Source: Rhodospirillaceae bacterium (lineage in GTDB: Bacteria > Pseudomonadota > Gammaproteobacteria > Burkholderiales > SG8-41). Taken from it: DNA of 64,000 bases. Shown one piece after another: positions 1 through 9,147 of this stretch. A program made the translations under genes and the position numbers. The notes under the pieces are model-generated. The model had not been told where the DNA came from and made no database searches. It saw only the letters and a list, made by a program, of their open reading frames with translations. Position 1 is the first letter of the stretch; every line of letters begins with the position of its first letter. The stretch spans positions 1,848-65,847 of the forward strand of contig JBLNBW010000107.1 in assembly GCA_050260255.1 (NCBI GenBank). Reading direction: 5' to 3'.

Positions 1-485
1 GCAACCAGTGTATCGGCGAGCAGCTCGCGTCCGCCGACGCCACGTACGACGAGGACACGCTTGCCGGCGACCTCGGTGAGCGGCGGCATGGCGAGCAGGC
101 TTTCGCTGTCATAACGGTCGGCAGGAAGCAAAACCCGGGACACGCCGCGCGCTGTCAGTGCCCGGGCCGTGCCGGCACCCACTGCGGCGACGATCGCGGA
201 CGCGGGCAGCGACTCGCCCGGCGGCATCAATGCAAGCCCGTGCTCCACCGCATTGGCGCTGACGAACACGACGACATCGTAATCGCGCAGATGTGCAATA
301 CGATCGCGTGCCTGCCGCGCATCTGCGACAGCGCGTATCTCGATTGCCGGAAAGACGATGGGCGTGCCGCCGGCGGCGGCGATGAGGCGGACCAGGCGCT
401 CGCTTTGCCCCGCCGGGCGGGTGACGAGGATGCCGCGCCCGCGCAACGGCGCTTCGGCGGCCGGCTGCGGGTCAGTGGGTGCCAT
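1..485 (-). CDS. hemD: uroporphyrinogen-III synthase (N-terminal part; gene runs off the window start)
   Basis: Absent from the ORF track because it leaves the window. Reverse-strand ATG at 483-485 overlaps the hemC stop by 14 nt. Translation [50 protein letters not shown]... is HemD-like; hemC-hemD synteny. Confidence 0.8.
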   Translation of the reverse strand, partial: MAPTDPQPAAEAPLRGRGILVTRPAGQSERLVRLIAAAGGTPIVFPAIEIRAVADARQARDRIAHLRDYDVVVFVSANAVEHGLALMPPGESLPASAIVAAVGAGTARALTARGVSRVLLPADRYDSESLLAMPPLTEVAGKRVLVVRGVGGRELLADTLV

Positions 486-1431
486 CGAGTGCAGCCAGTA
501 TGTCGGCCGCGCCTCGTCGCATCATGTCCTCGGCGAGCTGCTGGCCGAGACGCTCGGCGGCCTCGGGCGCCGCGCGCATTTCCCCGCGCACGGCTCGCGT
601 GCCGTCCGGCGCGCCGACGTATCCGCGCAGTCTCAGCTCGCCTTCGTGCATGTCGGCATACCCGGCGAGCGGGACGGCGCAGCTTCCGGTGAGCGCGCGC
701 GAGAGCGCGCGCTCAGCCGTCACGCAATGCGCGGTGGTCGGGTCGTTGAGCGGCGCGAGCAGGGCTGTGATGTCGGCACGATCGCTGCGGCATTCGATGC
801 CGAGAGCGCCCTGCCCCACCGCGGGCAGACTCTCTTCCGGCGTGAGCACCGATGTGATGCGCTCGGCAAGTCCAAGCCGCTTGAGGCCTGCGGCAGCGAG
901 TATGACCGCATCGTATGTGCCTTCGTCGAGCTTGCGCAGACGCGTTTGCACATTGCCGCGCAAAGGCTGGACGTCGAGATGAGGATAGCGCGCGCGCAGC
1001 TGGCTTTCGCGGCGCAGGCTCGAGGTCCCGACCCGCGCGCCCGACGGCAGATCCGCGAGCGCACCATAACGCGCGGACACGAACGCATCGCGCGGATCGG
1101 CACGCTGGGTGATCGCGGCGAGCGTGAAGCCTTCCGGCAGGTGCATGGGCACGTCTTTGAGCGAGTGCACCGCGAGATCCGCGGTGCCGCGCATGAGCGC
1201 ATCTTCCAGCTCCTTGATGAAGAGGCCCTTGCCGCCTATGGTCGCGAGGGACACGCCGAGCTCACGATCGCCCTGCGTCGTCATGCCGACGATGGCCACT
1301 TCGGTGGCCGGATATAATTGCCTAAGCCGGCCCTGTATGTGTTCCGCCTGCCACATGGCGAGTGCGGACTCGCGGCTGGCGATGACGATACGCCGCGGAG
1401 GCACGATCGCCGCGGCTCGGGATTGGACCAT
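472..1431 (-). CDS. hemC: porphobilinogen deaminase (hydroxymethylbilane synthase)
   Basis: ORF 472..1791 trimmed to the internal Met ([29 protein letters not shown]...). HemC motifs present: [37 protein letters not shown]. 319 aa. Confidence 0.93.
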   Translation of the reverse strand: MVQSRAAAIVPPRRIVIASRESALAMWQAEHIQGRLRQLYPATEVAIVGMTTQGDRELGVSLATIGGKGLFIKELEDALMRGTADLAVHSLKDVPMHLPEGFTLAAITQRADPRDAFVSARYGALADLPSGARVGTSSLRRESQLRARYPHLDVQPLRGNVQTRLRKLDEGTYDAVILAAAGLKRLGLAERITSVLTPEESLPAVGQGALGIECRSDRADITALLAPLNDPTTAHCVTAERALSRALTGSCAVPLAGYADMHEGELRLRGYVGAPDGTRAVRGEMRAAPEAAERLGQQLAEDMMRRGAADILAALDGTH

Positions 1432-1918
1432 GATGGGAATCAGCTGGAAGCGCGTTTGGCTGCTTGCGATTTTAGCATGCGCGATGATGGCCGGCCCGGT
1501 GCGCGCGGCCGCTCCGCTCCCGATGGCGGACGACCTCGCGCGCATCGCAGTTGAAGCAAGCGAGCGGCGCGTTCCGGTGCTGCTCGCATTCATGCAACGG
1601 ACCTGTCCGTACTGCGCCCGTGCGCGGCGGCATCTCGAGCCGCTGCAGGCGAGCGCCGCCTGGTCCAACCAGGCCATCATGCTGGAGATAGATGTCGACA
1701 GCACGGAGCGCCTGCGCGATTTCGAGGGCAAGCTCACCACTGCGCAAGATTTCGCCCGACGCCAGGGCGTACGGATGGTGCCGACCATCATCGTGTTCGA
1801 CCAGCACGGGCGCGTGGCAGCCGATCCGGTGATCGGGATCGCATCGGACGACTTTTACACTTATTACGTCGAGGAAGCGCTGAAGGCCGCGGCTGCGAAA
1901 GTAAAGCGCGGAAGCTGA
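1430..1918 (+). CDS. exported thioredoxin-fold protein (CxxC)
   Basis: In-frame ATG inside ORF 1109..1918. Signal peptide [30 protein letters not shown] redox motif, PTIIVFD thioredoxin-fold strand. 162 aa. Confidence 0.72.
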   Translation: MMGISWKRVWLLAILACAMMAGPVRAAAPLPMADDLARIAVEASERRVPVLLAFMQRTCPYCARARRHLEPLQASAAWSNQAIMLEIDVDSTERLRDFEGKLTTAQDFARRQGVRMVPTIIVFDQHGRVAADPVIGIASDDFYTYYVEEALKAAAAKVKRGS

Positions 1919-1922
1919 ACGC

Positions 1923-2690
1923 TCAGCCGCTTTCCCGTCCCACTTCGCGGATCACGTGCTGCTGGCGGCGGCTGACGGGTATGCGATCATCGATACCCTT
2001 CAACACCACGCACCAGCCGCCTTCGCCACCGTCGCCGGTGCTCCGCTCGAATCCCCGTATGGCAGATCTCGCAACGAGGCAGCTGCGATGCACGCGGACA
2101 ACGCGCTCGGCGTACTCGTGCTCCAGGCGCGTCAACGATTCTTCCAGCAGGAATTCGCGCTCGGCCGTTCTTGCCGTGACGTACTTGAGCTCCGCGCGGA
2201 AGTAGATGACGTCCTCTATCGGGATGAGCGTGACCTTGCCCCGCTCCTGCGCCGAAAGAAAAGCCCGCGGCTTCGTGCGGGCCGCCTCCAGCGCTTCCTG
2301 GGAAATCGCGCGGGCGTTGCGAACGCGTGACAGCGCCTCCTTGAGACGGGCGAGCCGGATGGGCTTCAACAGATAATCCACCGCGTGCACTTCGAAAGCG
2401 CGAATCGCGTACTCGTCGTACGCGGTGGTAAAAATCACCGCTGGCGCGGGGTCAAGCCCGCGCAGGTGCTGCGCGAGCTCTACGCCATCCATCTCGGGCA
2501 TACGGATGTCGAGCAGCACGACGTCCGCCGGCGTCGCAGCGAGTATCGCAAGCGCGGCGCGCCCGGTCGCCGCTTCACCGATGACGGCGACGTCCGCCGT
2601 CTCGGCGCAATCGGAAAGCAGATCCCGCATGCGGCTGCGCGCCGGCGCCTCGTCGTCGACGATCAGCACGCGCAGCGGCCGGCCGCTCAT
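1923..2690 (-). CDS. algR: LytTR-family response regulator (AlgR-like)
   Basis: MSGRPLRVLIVDDE...LLDIRMPEMDG receiver plus C-terminal LytTR domain (IYFRAELKYVTART...VHRSCLVA). ATGA overlap with the upstream kinase. Position next to hemC as in Pseudomonas. Confidence 0.85.
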   Translation of the reverse strand: MSGRPLRVLIVDDEAPARSRMRDLLSDCAETADVAVIGEAATGRAALAILAATPADVVLLDIRMPEMDGVELAQHLRGLDPAPAVIFTTAYDEYAIRAFEVHAVDYLLKPIRLARLKEALSRVRNARAISQEALEAARTKPRAFLSAQERGKVTLIPIEDVIYFRAELKYVTARTAEREFLLEESLTRLEHEYAERVVRVHRSCLVARSAIRGFERSTGDGGEGGWCVVLKGIDDRIPVSRRQQHVIREVGRESG

Positions 2691-3703
2691 TGCCCGCGCT
2701 CCCGCACCCACGGCATCGCGATGTGCACCTCGTAGCTGTTGTCGCGCACGCGCGTCTCGAGACTCGCCTCCGCGTCGAAATGCAAAGCGAGCCGCTCGCG
2801 AATGTTCCCCAGCGCCATCTTGTTGCCGCCGTGGTGATTGCCGCTGCGCTCATACGGATTGCGCAGCCGTATGTGCAGCTGATCGCGGCGCGTGTAGATG
2901 TCGACCACGATAGGACCGGGGCTCACGTGCGGCTCTATGCCGTGATACACGGCGTTCTCGAGCAGCGGCTGCAGCACGAGCGGTGGGACGAGCGCGCTGC
3001 GGGGCATCTTGTCCACGTGCCACACAACCTGCAGCCGCTCGCCCAGCCGCAGCTGCTCGATGTCGAGATACTGCTTGCAGAGCTCGACCTCATGCGCGAG
3101 CGTCGTGAGCTCGCGATTGTCCGCCATCAGCACGCGAAAAAGACCGGCGAGATCTTCGAGCGCTGTCTCCGCACGGCGCGGATCTTGGCGTATCAGCGAC
3201 AGGACCGCATTGATGCTGTTGTAGAGGAAATGCGGGCGTATGCGCGCCTGGAGCGCCTGGAGTCGGGCTTCGCTCAGCGCGGGCGAGAGCGCGCGGCCGC
3301 GCAGGTCAAGGTAGAAGAGCAGCGCGACCGTGACCATGAACGTGAGCAGCAGCGCGCGCGGCAGCGGACCGAGTCCCAGCGCAAGCACGGGTTGGGCAGC
3401 CGCGTGAAGAGCAGCGGCGAGCGCGAGCTCGAGCACGATCACGGCCGCGAGCGCAAGCGAATACGGCAGTCGCTGCAGCACGCCGTTCAACGCCATCAGC
3501 AGAAGCAGGCTCGCGATGAGCAGCGGCTGAACCACCGCTGCGATCTCCGGCACTTCGCTCCAGAACTCGCGCCAGCTTGCGACGCTGACAATGGCGGCGG
3601 CGATGGCGAAGAGATTCGCCATCACGATGATGCGCAACAGAATGCCGAGGTTGCGGAAGTTCGGCAGGGCGCTGCTGTAAGCGTTTTGATTTATACTTGC
3701 CAT
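2687..3703 (-). CDS. algZ: LytS/YehU-type sensor histidine kinase (AlgZ/FimS-like)
   Basis: Multi-TM N-terminus, H box RIRPHFLYNSINAV, N box LQPLLENAVYHG. Start set at MASINQ (3703): the 18 extra upstream codons (to 3757) use rare codons. Start uncertain. Confidence 0.8.
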   Translation of the reverse strand: MASINQNAYSSALPNFRNLGILLRIIVMANLFAIAAAIVSVASWREFWSEVPEIAAVVQPLLIASLLLLMALNGVLQRLPYSLALAAVIVLELALAAALHAAAQPVLALGLGPLPRALLLTFMVTVALLFYLDLRGRALSPALSEARLQALQARIRPHFLYNSINAVLSLIRQDPRRAETALEDLAGLFRVLMADNRELTTLAHEVELCKQYLDIEQLRLGERLQVVWHVDKMPRSALVPPLVLQPLLENAVYHGIEPHVSPGPIVVDIYTRRDQLHIRLRNPYERSGNHHGGNKMALGNIRERLALHFDAEASLETRVRDNSYEVHIAMPWVRERGQ

Positions 3704-3792
3704 GCGGAAATACAACCCTAGCGCGGCTCGTTCTCCCACCGTTGTTCGACGGGACATGAGGTCCCGAGCGCGCGATCATTCTAGCAGGGCAT

Positions 3793-5193
3793 ATGTCTTC
3801 AGGTGAGAAGTCAGGCGTCAAGGCGAAGCCGTGGTCGGGCCGGTTCAAGGAGCCGGTGAGCGATCTCGTGAAACGTTACACGGCCTCGGTGCAGTTCGAT
3901 CAGAGGCTCGCCGAGTTCGACATCGACGGCTCGCTCGCACATGCGCGCATGCTGCAGGCGGTCGGCATACTGAACAAGGCCGACCTTGCCGCGATCGACA
4001 AAGGCATGGCGCAGATCCGTGACGAAATCCGCAGCGGCGCCTTCCCGTGGTCGCTCGATTACGAAGACGTGCATCTCAACATCGAGCGCCGTCTCACCGA
4101 TCTCATCGGAGACGCAGGCAAGCGCCTGCACACCGCCCGCTCGCGCAACGATCAGGTCGCGACCGACGTGCGCCTGTACGTGCGCACCGCGATCGATCAT
4201 GCCGTGGCGCTGATCAAGGATCTGCAGCGTACGCTCCTCGACATCGCGGAAAAGCACACCGACACCGTGATGCCGGGCTTCACGCATCTGCAGGTGGCGC
4301 AGCCGATTTCGTTCGGACATCACGTGCTCGCCTATTTCGAGATGTTTTCGCGCGATGCCCAGCGCTTTACCGATTGCCGCAAGCGCGTGAACCGCCTGCC
4401 CCTGGGTGCCGCAGCGCTCGCCGGCACATCGTTTCCCATCGATCGGCAGATGGTCGCCAAGGACCTCGGATTCGACGGCGTGTGCGAGAACTCCCTCGAC
4501 GCCGTGTCCGATCGCGACTTCGCGATCGAATTCACGAGCTGCGCCGCATTGCTGATGACGCACTTGTCGCGCTTTTGCGAGGAGATCGTGCTGTGGATGA
4601 GCCCGCGCTTCGGCTTCATCGATCTCGCGGATCGTTTCTGCACCGGCTCGTCCATCATGCCGCAGAAGAAGAATCCCGACGTCGCAGAGCTCGTGCGCGG
4701 CAAGACCGGACGCGTCAACGGTCATCTTGTCGCACTGCTCACGCTGATGAAGGGGCAGCCGCTCGCCTACAACAAGGACAATCAGGAAGACAAGGAGCCG
4801 CTGCTCGACACGGTGGACACCATCATGATGACGCTCGCCGTGTTCACCGAAATGCTCGGCGGGCTTAAAGTCAAGCCGCAGGCGATGCGTCGCGCCGCGC
4901 TGGAAGGGTATGCGACGGCGACCGACCTCGCCGACTACCTGGTCAAGAAAGGCGTACCGTTCCGCGAAGCGCACGAAATCGTCGCGCAGACGGTGCGTTA
5001 CGCCGAGTCGCGCGAGCGCGGCCTGGAGGATCTCAAGCTCGACGAGCTGAAGCAGTTCTCTTCGCTGATCGGCGAGGACGTATTCGACGCGCTCACGCTC
5101 GAGGGCTCGCTCGCCGCCCGCAGCCACATCGGCGGGACCGCGCCGGCGCGGGTCAAGGCCGCCATCGTCAAGGCGCGCAAAGCGCTCGGCTGA
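3793..5193 (+). CDS. argH: argininosuccinate lyase
   Basis: 466 aa. WSGRF N-terminus and the fumarate-lyase signature [16 protein letters not shown]. Divergent from algZ as in Pseudomonas. Confidence 0.95.
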   Translation: MSSGEKSGVKAKPWSGRFKEPVSDLVKRYTASVQFDQRLAEFDIDGSLAHARMLQAVGILNKADLAAIDKGMAQIRDEIRSGAFPWSLDYEDVHLNIERRLTDLIGDAGKRLHTARSRNDQVATDVRLYVRTAIDHAVALIKDLQRTLLDIAEKHTDTVMPGFTHLQVAQPISFGHHVLAYFEMFSRDAQRFTDCRKRVNRLPLGAAALAGTSFPIDRQMVAKDLGFDGVCENSLDAVSDRDFAIEFTSCAALLMTHLSRFCEEIVLWMSPRFGFIDLADRFCTGSSIMPQKKNPDVAELVRGKTGRVNGHLVALLTLMKGQPLAYNKDNQEDKEPLLDTVDTIMMTLAVFTEMLGGLKVKPQAMRRAALEGYATATDLADYLVKKGVPFREAHEIVAQTVRYAESRERGLEDLKLDELKQFSSLIGEDVFDALTLEGSLAARSHIGGTAPARVKAAIVKARKALG

Positions 5194-5212
5194 TCCGGCC
5201 CGACCTTGCGGC

Positions 5213-6088
5213 GTGTGGACCGACATCGCACGCGACATCAGCGCTGCCACCGGTGATCCGTTCACGGTCCGCACGCGTCGCGAGGTGAGTGGCGGGTGCA
5301 TCAATGCGGGACACGCCGTGAGCGATGGACGCCGCACTTACTTCGTGAAGACCAATGCCGCACCCGCGCACGCGATGTTTGCCGCAGAAGCCGCAGCGCT
5401 CACGGCGATCGCCGGCACGCGCAGCGTGCGCGTGCCGTGCCCGATCTGCCATGGGCGCAACGCCGCCGCTGCATGGCTCGTCCTCGAGCACGTGAATCTT
5501 CATCCGCTTTCGCAAGCGGCGGCGGGCGCTTTGGGTGAGCAGCTCGCCGAACTGCACCGATGCACCGCGGCGCGGTACGGCTGGGATCGCGACAACACGA
5601 TAGGCAGCACACCGCAGGCGAATGCGTGGTGCAGCAACTGGGTGGAATTCTGGCGCGAGCGCCGCCTGCGCCCGCAATACGCGCTCGCCCTTCGGAACGG
5701 TTATGGCGGCGCGCTGCAGGAGAACGGAGAGCGGCTGATGGAGCGGCTCCAGCGCTTCTTCCCGGGCAACATGCCGCCCGCATCACTGCTGCACGGCGAT
5801 CTGTGGTCCGGCAATGCGGCATGCGACATGTCCGATGCGCCGGTCGTGTTCGATCCCGCCAGCTATTACGGCGACCGCGAAGCGGACGTCGCGATGACCG
5901 AGCTCTTCGGCGGCTATCCGCAGGGGTTCTACGCGGCGTATCAAGCATCGTATCGGCTCGATCCGGGCTACCGCGAACGCAGCACGCTGTACAACCTGTA
6001 CCACGTGCTCAACCACCTCAACCTCTTCGGCGGACGCTATCTCGAGCAGGCCGAAGCGATGACGATGCGATTGCTCGCCCTAGCCTAA
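5213..6088 (+). CDS. fructosamine/ketosamine kinase family protein
   Basis: GTG start, 291 aa. LLHGDLWSGN catalytic motif and a kinase-like fold pattern (TYFVKTN..., DPASYYGDRE). Confidence 0.85.
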   Translation: MWTDIARDISAATGDPFTVRTRREVSGGCINAGHAVSDGRRTYFVKTNAAPAHAMFAAEAAALTAIAGTRSVRVPCPICHGRNAAAAWLVLEHVNLHPLSQAAAGALGEQLAELHRCTAARYGWDRDNTIGSTPQANAWCSNWVEFWRERRLRPQYALALRNGYGGALQENGERLMERLQRFFPGNMPPASLLHGDLWSGNAACDMSDAPVVFDPASYYGDREADVAMTELFGGYPQGFYAAYQASYRLDPGYRERSTLYNLYHVLNHLNLFGGRYLEQAEAMTMRLLALA

Positions 6089-7121
6089 GAGCGCGCTTGG
6101 GCGGCGCCGTGCTCTCGCGCACGACCAGCTCGACCGGCAGCTCGCGCCGCTGCGGAACGGTCTTTCCCGTGAGCCGCGCAAGCAGATGTTGGGCCGCCAG
6201 CGTGCCGAGCTCTGCCGTGGGAAACCGCACGGTTGTAAGGCTCGGGGTAATGAGCGCCGCGATTTCCATGTCGTCGAAGCCCGTCACGGAAATATCGTGC
6301 GGCACGCGCAGGCCCCGCGCGTGGCACTCTGCCATCGCGCCTATCGCGAGCACGTCGTTGCCGCAAATCACTGCCGTGGGCGCCGGTTCGCGGCCGTCGA
6401 GCAGCTCGGCAAGCCCTTCGCGTCCCGCGCGCAGGTGGAACGGCTTCTCCACCAGGCGCGTCGCGGGCAGGTTGATGCCGCGTGCGGCGAGGGCGTCGCG
6501 CACGGCCTCGCGCCGCTCCCGCGCGCGCTCGTTGTTGAGCGTGATGCCGGAGATCATTGCAAAGCGCCGGTGTCCGAGCTCGAGCAGGTACTTCACGAGC
6601 CGCGTCGCCGCGGCGCGGTTGTCGAAGCCCACGCAGGGATGACGCCCGGCCTTGTCGAGCGCCCACGACAGCACGTACGGAACACCCTGCGACTCGATCA
6701 TTCGGAACAGCTCCGGATGGTGCGCCGTCCCGACCAGCACGAGTCCGTCGACGCCGCGGGCCATCAGCGCACGCGTCACGCGCAGCTCGGTGTCCGGATC
6801 GAATTCGTGGCTCGCGAGCAGCAGCGTGTAGCCGGCGTCGTCCAGCGCCTTCTGTAGCGCGTGCGTGGTGTTGGCGAAGATCGCGTTGTCCAGCGTCGGT
6901 ATCACCGCGCCTATCGTATGCGTACGACGTGTGGCGAGCGCACGCGCCGCACCGTGAGCGACGTAGCCCAGCGCTTTCACCGCTTCCTCGATGCGCTTCA
7001 ACGTGTCGGCGCGCACCTTGTGCGGCAACGTGAGCGCGCGCGACACCGTAGCGGTCGACACGTGCGCCATGCGCGCGACGTCGGAGAGCTTGGCTGTCGA
7101 TCGGGGCTCTGTCGTTTTCAT
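6018..7121 (-). CDS. LacI-family transcriptional regulator
   Basis: N-terminal HTH AKLSDVARMAHVSTATVSRAL plus a periplasmic-binding-protein-like core. The C-terminal ~28 aa tail overlaps the convergent kinase gene by 71 nt. Confidence 0.9.
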   Translation of the reverse strand: MKTTEPRSTAKLSDVARMAHVSTATVSRALTLPHKVRADTLKRIEEAVKALGYVAHGAARALATRRTHTIGAVIPTLDNAIFANTTHALQKALDDAGYTLLLASHEFDPDTELRVTRALMARGVDGLVLVGTAHHPELFRMIESQGVPYVLSWALDKAGRHPCVGFDNRAAATRLVKYLLELGHRRFAMISGITLNNERARERREAVRDALAARGINLPATRLVEKPFHLRAGREGLAELLDGREPAPTAVICGNDVLAIGAMAECHARGLRVPHDISVTGFDDMEIAALITPSLTTVRFPTAELGTLAAQHLLARLTGKTVPQRRELPVELVVRESTAPPKRALRLGRAIASSSLRPARDSVRRRG

Positions 7122-7127
7122 GAATGA

Positions 7128-7155
7128 AAGAAGCCGGCCTCACGGCCGGCTTCTT
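7128..7155 (-). terminator. 12-bp GC-rich hairpin between the xsc stop and the lacI-type start
   Basis: AAGAAGCCGGCC-tcac-GGCCGGCTTCTT. On the minus strand it is followed by TTTCATTCAT, and it ends 7 nt before the regulator ATG. Confidence 0.45.
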
Positions 7156-7212
7156 CGGTAACAGGGCGGGAAGAGTATCACAAACGCTTCATCGCCTCCC
7201 GCCTCACCCGCG

Positions 7213-8982
7213 TCAGCGGTATTCCTTCGCGCTGAACTTCTTGTATTTCGCCAGCAGGCGGCGCGGCTGGCGGAACGCATCCCGGCGGAACGGATCGCCG
7301 AGCTCCTGCGTGAGCAGGAGATTGATGACCGTGGGCTTGTTCGATTTCGCGGCACCGCGCAACGCGTCGCCGATCTCGTCGACATGATCGACGGTGATGC
7401 CGCTCGCGCCCATCGCTTCGGCCACCTCGGCGAAATTCGGGTTTTTCAGATTCGTCCCGAGGAAACGGTTCTCGAAGTAATCGATCTGGTTCTTCTTCTC
7501 CGCGCCCCACTGACCGTTGTTGAACACCACCGCAACGACCGGGATGTTCTCGCGCACGCAGGTCATCACTTCGTTGAGGCTCATCCCCCACGCCCCGTCG
7601 CCGACATAGGCGATCGCCGGGCGGTCGGGACGGCCGACTTTCGCGCCCATCGCCGCGGGATAGGCATAGCCGCAGTTGCCGAAGCTCATCGCCGCGAGGA
7701 ACGACGGCGCCTGCTCGAAGTGCAGGTAGCTGTTCGACACCGAGCATACGTTGCCGATGTCGGTGGACACCATCGCGTTCTTGGGCATCGCTTTGGCGAG
7801 CGCCGCAAGCGCCTGACGCGGACCGATCCGTCCTTTTTCATTGGGGGAGGCCCACTTCGCGAGCTCTTCGGTCCATGCCTTCCTTTCTTTCGCCACTTCG
7901 GCAAGGCGCGCCTTGTTCGGCGCGAGCTTCACCTGCGCCTTCAGGCGCTCGAGCAGCGCGACGGCGGCAAGACGCGCGTCGCCGCAGATGCCTATGCTTA
8001 CTTTCTTCACGAGACCCAGCATGCGCGGATCGGCATCGACCTGGATGATCTTCGCGTCCTTGGGCCAGTAGTCGAGACCATGCTGCGGCAGCGTGCCGAA
8101 CGGGCCGAGCCGCGAGCCGAGCGCAAGCACCACGTCGGCTTTCGAGATGAGCTGCATCGCGGCCTTCGAGCCCTGGTAGCCCAGCGGGCCACAGGACAGC
8201 GGGTGACTCGCCGGGAACGAGTCGTTGTGCAGATACGAGTTGACCACGGGTGCGGTCAGATACTCGGCGAGCGCGACGCATTCCTTGATGCCGTCGGCCA
8301 TCACCACGCCGCCGCCGGAGAGGATAACGGGGAACTTCGCTTTCGCGAGCAGCTTGGCGGCCGCATCGAGCGATTCCGGTCCGCCGGGGCCGCGCTCGAG
8401 CTTTTGCGGCTGCGGAATCTCGAAGTCGCCCTCGCCATAGAAGTAGTCGCGCGGAATGTTCACTTGCACGGGGCCGCGCTCGGCCATCGCGATGTCGAAC
8501 GCGCGACCGGTGAGCTCCGCGATGCGCAGCGGCGAGTTCACGTGCACCTGCCATTTCGTGATCTTGGAGAAGATCGGCATCTGCTCGGTTTCCTGGAAAC
8601 CGCCCAGCCCCATCGTCATGCTGCCCGATTCCGGCGTGATGGCGACGACCGGCGAATGCGCCCAGTACGCGGCCGCAATGCCGGTCACGAAGTTCGTGAT
8701 GCCCGGGCCGTTCTGGGCGATGCACACACCATGCTTGCCGGTGACGCGCGAATAGCCGTCCGCCATATGCGCCGCGTTTTGCTCGTGCGCGACCGAAATG
8801 AAACGTATGCCGGCGAGCGGAAAGAGATCGTGCGCGTCCATGTAGGCCGAACCCACGATGCCGAACGTGTCCTTTACCCCTTGCGCAACCAGCGTCTCCA
8901 CGAACGCCTCGCTGGGCGTCATGCGTAGTTTTCCTCCCGCCTGCTGCTTGGCGAGACTCTTGGTGTCGGTCATCGTGTTCAT
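7213..8982 (-). CDS. xsc: sulfoacetaldehyde acetyltransferase (ThDP-dependent)
   Basis: ORF trimmed to MNTMTDTK, preceded by AGGAGG. Strong by-eye match to Xsc: MTPSEAFVETLVAQGV, NGPGITNFVTGIAAAYWAHSPVV, GPVQVNIPRDYFYGE, NSYLHNDSFPASHPL, ELGDPFRRDA. Confidence 0.88.
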   Translation of the reverse strand: MNTMTDTKSLAKQQAGGKLRMTPSEAFVETLVAQGVKDTFGIVGSAYMDAHDLFPLAGIRFISVAHEQNAAHMADGYSRVTGKHGVCIAQNGPGITNFVTGIAAAYWAHSPVVAITPESGSMTMGLGGFQETEQMPIFSKITKWQVHVNSPLRIAELTGRAFDIAMAERGPVQVNIPRDYFYGEGDFEIPQPQKLERGPGGPESLDAAAKLLAKAKFPVILSGGGVVMADGIKECVALAEYLTAPVVNSYLHNDSFPASHPLSCGPLGYQGSKAAMQLISKADVVLALGSRLGPFGTLPQHGLDYWPKDAKIIQVDADPRMLGLVKKVSIGICGDARLAAVALLERLKAQVKLAPNKARLAEVAKERKAWTEELAKWASPNEKGRIGPRQALAALAKAMPKNAMVSTDIGNVCSVSNSYLHFEQAPSFLAAMSFGNCGYAYPAAMGAKVGRPDRPAIAYVGDGAWGMSLNEVMTCVRENIPVVAVVFNNGQWGAEKKNQIDYFENRFLGTNLKNPNFAEVAEAMGASGITVDHVDEIGDALRGAAKSNKPTVINLLLTQELGDPFRRDAFRQPRRLLAKYKKFSAKEYR

Positions 8983-9066
8983 GAATATCCTCCTGGTGTA
9001 GCCGGCATGCGGGTAACGGATAAAGTCACGGGCGAACGAGGCGCCCATTATACGCGGCGACGTCGC

Positions 9067-9086
9067 TCGTGCAAGCGCTTGCACGA
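9067..9086. promoter_or_regulatory. candidate LacI-family operator (20-bp perfect palindrome)
   Basis: TCGTGCAAGCGCTTGCACGA is its own reverse complement. The core TGCAAGCGCTTGCA fits the LacI-family TGnAAnCGnTTnCA pattern. It lies in the divergent xsc / FAD-FeS gene intergenic region. Confidence 0.7.
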
Positions 9087-9147
9087 AACCGCCGGAGCAG
9101 CGCCCTGATGCAGTTACAATACCGGCGCCCCGAAGCCGAGCGAGCTC

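Noticed and set aside
3704-3757. Longer N-terminus for the AlgZ-like kinase (start 3757)
   Set aside because: The 18 extra codons use rare codons (CGA, ACA, GGA, CTA, TTG, TAT) and are not preceded by an SD. Kept as an alternative only.
3811-5337. 508-aa minus-strand ORF opposite argH
   Set aside because: Shadow frame of a highly conserved gene. No recognisable domain, and a biased R/A/G/H composition.
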